Below, in pieces: positions 46,160-48,360 of a stretch of 48,360 nt of DNA. This DNA comes from a virus (taxonomy: Duplodnaviria > Caudoviricetes). A program made the position numbers and the translations under genes. A model generated the notes under the pieces. It saw nothing but the letters and a program-made list of their open reading frames with translations. It was not told the origin of the DNA and did not search any database. The stretch covers positions 1-48,360 of IMG/VR virus record IMGVR_UViG_3300037851_000323. The stretch is one strand, 5' to 3'. Each line of letters starts with the position of its first letter. The first letter of the stretch is position 1.

Positions 46160-46837
46160 ATGTCAAAGATACCTGGTTCAATTTGGGTAGAAGATACTGA
46201 ACTTCATGTAGTTATATCTGATGGTAGAGAATTTATGTGGGAGGGATATAGTGTTGGTGCAGCTGCGGGTCAACCCGGATCAGTTTGGATTGAGGGGGAG
46301 AACCTCCATTACATAGATGCTCTAGGGGCAGATCGATATATTGAGAGTGCTGATCTTGGTGCTAAATCTGGACTTGCTGGTTCCATCTGGCAGGAGAGTA
46401 CATATATAGGTTGGTTAAGTGCGACTCAGCATAAATATGTGGGCCATGCAGATGTTGCACATTCTGACCATGATGATAATACAACCCATGAGGATGTAGC
46501 TTACTCGGATCATACGGATCATACTGATACTCATGGTGATACAAGTCATAGCGACGTAAGCCACTCTGATACTCATACAGATACCTATTATTCTACCGAC
46601 CATGTTGATACTTATACTGACCATAATGACGTAGGTCATGCAGATGTACATGGTGATGTAGCACATAATGATACACATACTGATACTCATGGTGATGTGG
46701 CTCATGAAGATATTACCCATGTAAATACCCATGGGGACGTAACTATACCTCATGGAGACGTTGAACATACTGATGTTCCACTCTATACAGACCATGGGGA
46801 TGTACTTCATGATGACAAGCCTTTTGAGGTTACGTAA
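46160..46837 (+). CDS. His-x-Asp repeat protein, candidate radical SAM substrate
   Basis: Three N-terminal GS(I/V)W(V/I/Q)E repeats. Residues 96-219 hold 23 HxD, 3 YxD and 1 HxN triplets. Confidence 0.85.
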   Translation: MSKIPGSIWVEDTELHVVISDGREFMWEGYSVGAAAGQPGSVWIEGENLHYIDALGADRYIESADLGAKSGLAGSIWQESTYIGWLSATQHKYVGHADVAHSDHDDNTTHEDVAYSDHTDHTDTHGDTSHSDVSHSDTHTDTYYSTDHVDTYTDHNDVGHADVHGDVAHNDTHTDTHGDVAHEDITHVNTHGDVTIPHGDVEHTDVPLYTDHGDVLHDDKPFEVT

Positions 46838-47847
46838 TGAGTGTTGAGCTTAAACCCCTCAGCCAAGCATGTAATTTATCCTGTAAGTATTGCTATCAGG
46901 CTAGTATCCGTTCGTCTGAAATTAGGCCTAAATATGATCTCGTGAAGATGCTTGAGTCTGCTAAAAAGCAGAAGTGTAATTTTACTCTATATGGGGGTGA
47001 GCCGCTCCTTCTTCCTTTTGCTGATTTAGAGAAGGTGTTTAAGTTTGGTTATGATAATTTCAAACAAAATGGAATTCAAACTAATGGAGTATTAATAACT
47101 GATAGACATTTTGAGCTCTTTAAAAAGTATAATGTTTCTTTAGGCTTTAGTATAGATGGCCCAGGGGAATTGAACTCTGCTCGATCTAGAGAAGTATTCA
47201 CAAACTATTCTATTAAGAACTTTTATAGAGCCCTGAAGGAAGGCTTTAGTGTTTCTCTTATTACGACGCTGACAAAGGTTAATTGTAAGCCTGAGTTAAT
47301 TAAGTGGTTTTCCGAACTTGATGACATGGGTCTTAAGAATCTGAACCTTCATTGGCTTGAAAATGATAATAAAACTGGACTGAATATTTCACAGAGTGAA
47401 CAGATTATCTTTATGGGGTGGTTACTGGAAGCAACAGAAAGATTCAAAACATTACGTTGTGATACCTTTACAGATATGATTAAACGTTTATTTACAGGAG
47501 CGGGTGGCACCTGTATTTTTAATTACTGTGATCCATATAATACAACTGCTGTACAAGGTATAGGACCTAATGGTGAATTACATAATTGTGGTAGAGTAAA
47601 CAAGGCTGGTGTGGATTTTGTTAAAGCTGATGATAATTATCTTATGAGAACTGAGGCTCTAAGAAATACGGAGCAGGCAGAGGGAGGATGTAAGGGTTGT
47701 AAATATTTTTATGCTTGTACAGGTTTCTGTCCTGGTACGGGAATTAATGGTGATTGGAGGAATCGGACTGAACACTGTGAAACCCTCAAGACTATCTTTG
47801 GGTGGTTAGAGGTAGAGCGTATTGTGGTTTCGGTTTACAACAAATGA
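46837..47847 (+). CDS. Radical SAM/SPASM-domain maturase
   Basis: CNLSCKYC (CxxxCxxC), GGEPLL, QTNG and SIDG motifs. SPASM cysteines: C-x4-C...C...CKGC-x5-C-x3-C...C. Confidence 0.92.
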   Translation: MSVELKPLSQACNLSCKYCYQASIRSSEIRPKYDLVKMLESAKKQKCNFTLYGGEPLLLPFADLEKVFKFGYDNFKQNGIQTNGVLITDRHFELFKKYNVSLGFSIDGPGELNSARSREVFTNYSIKNFYRALKEGFSVSLITTLTKVNCKPELIKWFSELDDMGLKNLNLHWLENDNKTGLNISQSEQIIFMGWLLEATERFKTLRCDTFTDMIKRLFTGAGGTCIFNYCDPYNTTAVQGIGPNGELHNCGRVNKAGVDFVKADDNYLMRTEALRNTEQAEGGCKGCKYFYACTGFCPGTGINGDWRNRTEHCETLKTIFGWLEVERIVVSVYNK

Positions 47848-48050
47848 TAGATTTATTTATTGGTGCCGGTTTAACAGCCGCCCTAGGAACGGGTGGTTAT
47901 TTTGCAACTAGAGTTATTAGAAATGGAAAAGACATAGCTGTTTTAGACACCAAATTAAGCGATCATGAAGAAGATCATAGACAGCTTGACAATCGTTTGG
48001 ATAGGATAGAAAATAAATTAGATAGGGTGGTAGAAAAAATAAATGCGTAA
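47844..48050 (+). CDS. Small membrane protein with coiled coil (holin-like)
   Basis: ATG 47844 (ATGA overlap), one hydrophobic helix, then RLDRIENKLDR. Confidence 0.55.
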   Translation: MIDLFIGAGLTAALGTGGYFATRVIRNGKDIAVLDTKLSDHEEDHRQLDNRLDRIENKLDRVVEKINA

Positions 48051-48360
48051 ACTATTCTTAATTCCCTTGACTCTTATTCTCTTCGCGGGTAAGTGTGATA
48101 CTCAGTGTGAGCAGTGTAAAAAGGGAGAACTCCCGAAGAATCTTTGTGATGCTTTAATTGCTGCGGGTCAATGTCCGACTCCAGAACCTACTCCTGAACC
48201 TACTCCTGAGCCTACTCCTGAGCCGACTCCAGAGCCTACTCCAGAGCCGACTCCTATACCTTTACCAACCCCAACTCCTGTCCCAATTCCTACTCCGGGA
48301 ACCCTTTATCCCTCCTGTCCGAAAGACCCAGCAGAGGGGGCACAGATTTATATAAACAAT
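48043..48360 (+). CDS. 5' part of the Cys-rich secreted protein or lipoprotein that continues at the window start
   Basis: MRKLFLIPLTLILFAGKC signal peptide; frame open to the window end. Confidence 0.85.
   Translation, partial: MRKLFLIPLTLILFAGKCDTQCEQCKKGELPKNLCDALIAAGQCPTPEPTPEPTPEPTPEPTPEPTPEPTPIPLPTPTPVPIPTPGTLYPSCPKDPAEGAQIYINN
48068..48360. repeat. Terminal redundancy / circular overlap, right copy
   Basis: Matches 1-269 except in the PEPT tandem, which is 24 nt longer here. Confidence 0.95.

Noticed and set aside
46415-46810. Met/Ile/Cys-rich antisense ORF
   Set aside because: It is the mirror of the CAT/GAT codons of the HxD tract.
48158-48355. Leu-rich ORF in the track
   Set aside because: It is an off-frame reading of the PEPT repeat; the real frame starts at ATG 48043.
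1-48360. Stop-codon reassignment or a diversity-generating retroelement
   Set aside because: Long genes are intact in the standard code, there is no suppressor tRNA, and no reverse transcriptase or template/variable repeat pair was seen.

Overview
The window is essentially a complete ~48.1 kb tailed-phage genome, circularly permuted: 48068-48360 repeats 1-269, with two extra 12-nt Pro-Glu-Pro-Thr units. It has two divergent arms around a non-coding control region at ~26.8-29.0 kb. The minus arm (28415->9904) holds early, replication and nucleotide genes: SNF2 helicase, PD-(D/E)xK nuclease, deaminase, AAA ATPase, SSB, tRNA-Ile(UAU), tRNA-Leu(UAA), ParB-DNA methyltransferase, UDG-fused family A DNA polymerase, DUF3987-like ATPase, permuted papain amidase, HAD nucleotidase and several lipoproteins. 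The plus arm (28974->end->9907) holds terminase, portal, scaffold, major capsid, adaptor/nozzle/fibre genes (podovirus-like, no tape measure seen), lysis genes and probable ejection proteins. The most striking element ends the tail module: a 225-aa protein with 23 His-x-Asp, 3 Tyr-x-Asp and 1 His-x-Asn triplets, translationally coupled to a radical SAM/SPASM enzyme. A DUF483-like/methyltransferase fusion lies three genes downstream of the enzyme, across the circular junction. This looks like a RiPP (triceptide/cyclophane)-type maturation system that may act on a virion protein. All product calls come from motifs and gene context read by eye; no database search was run.
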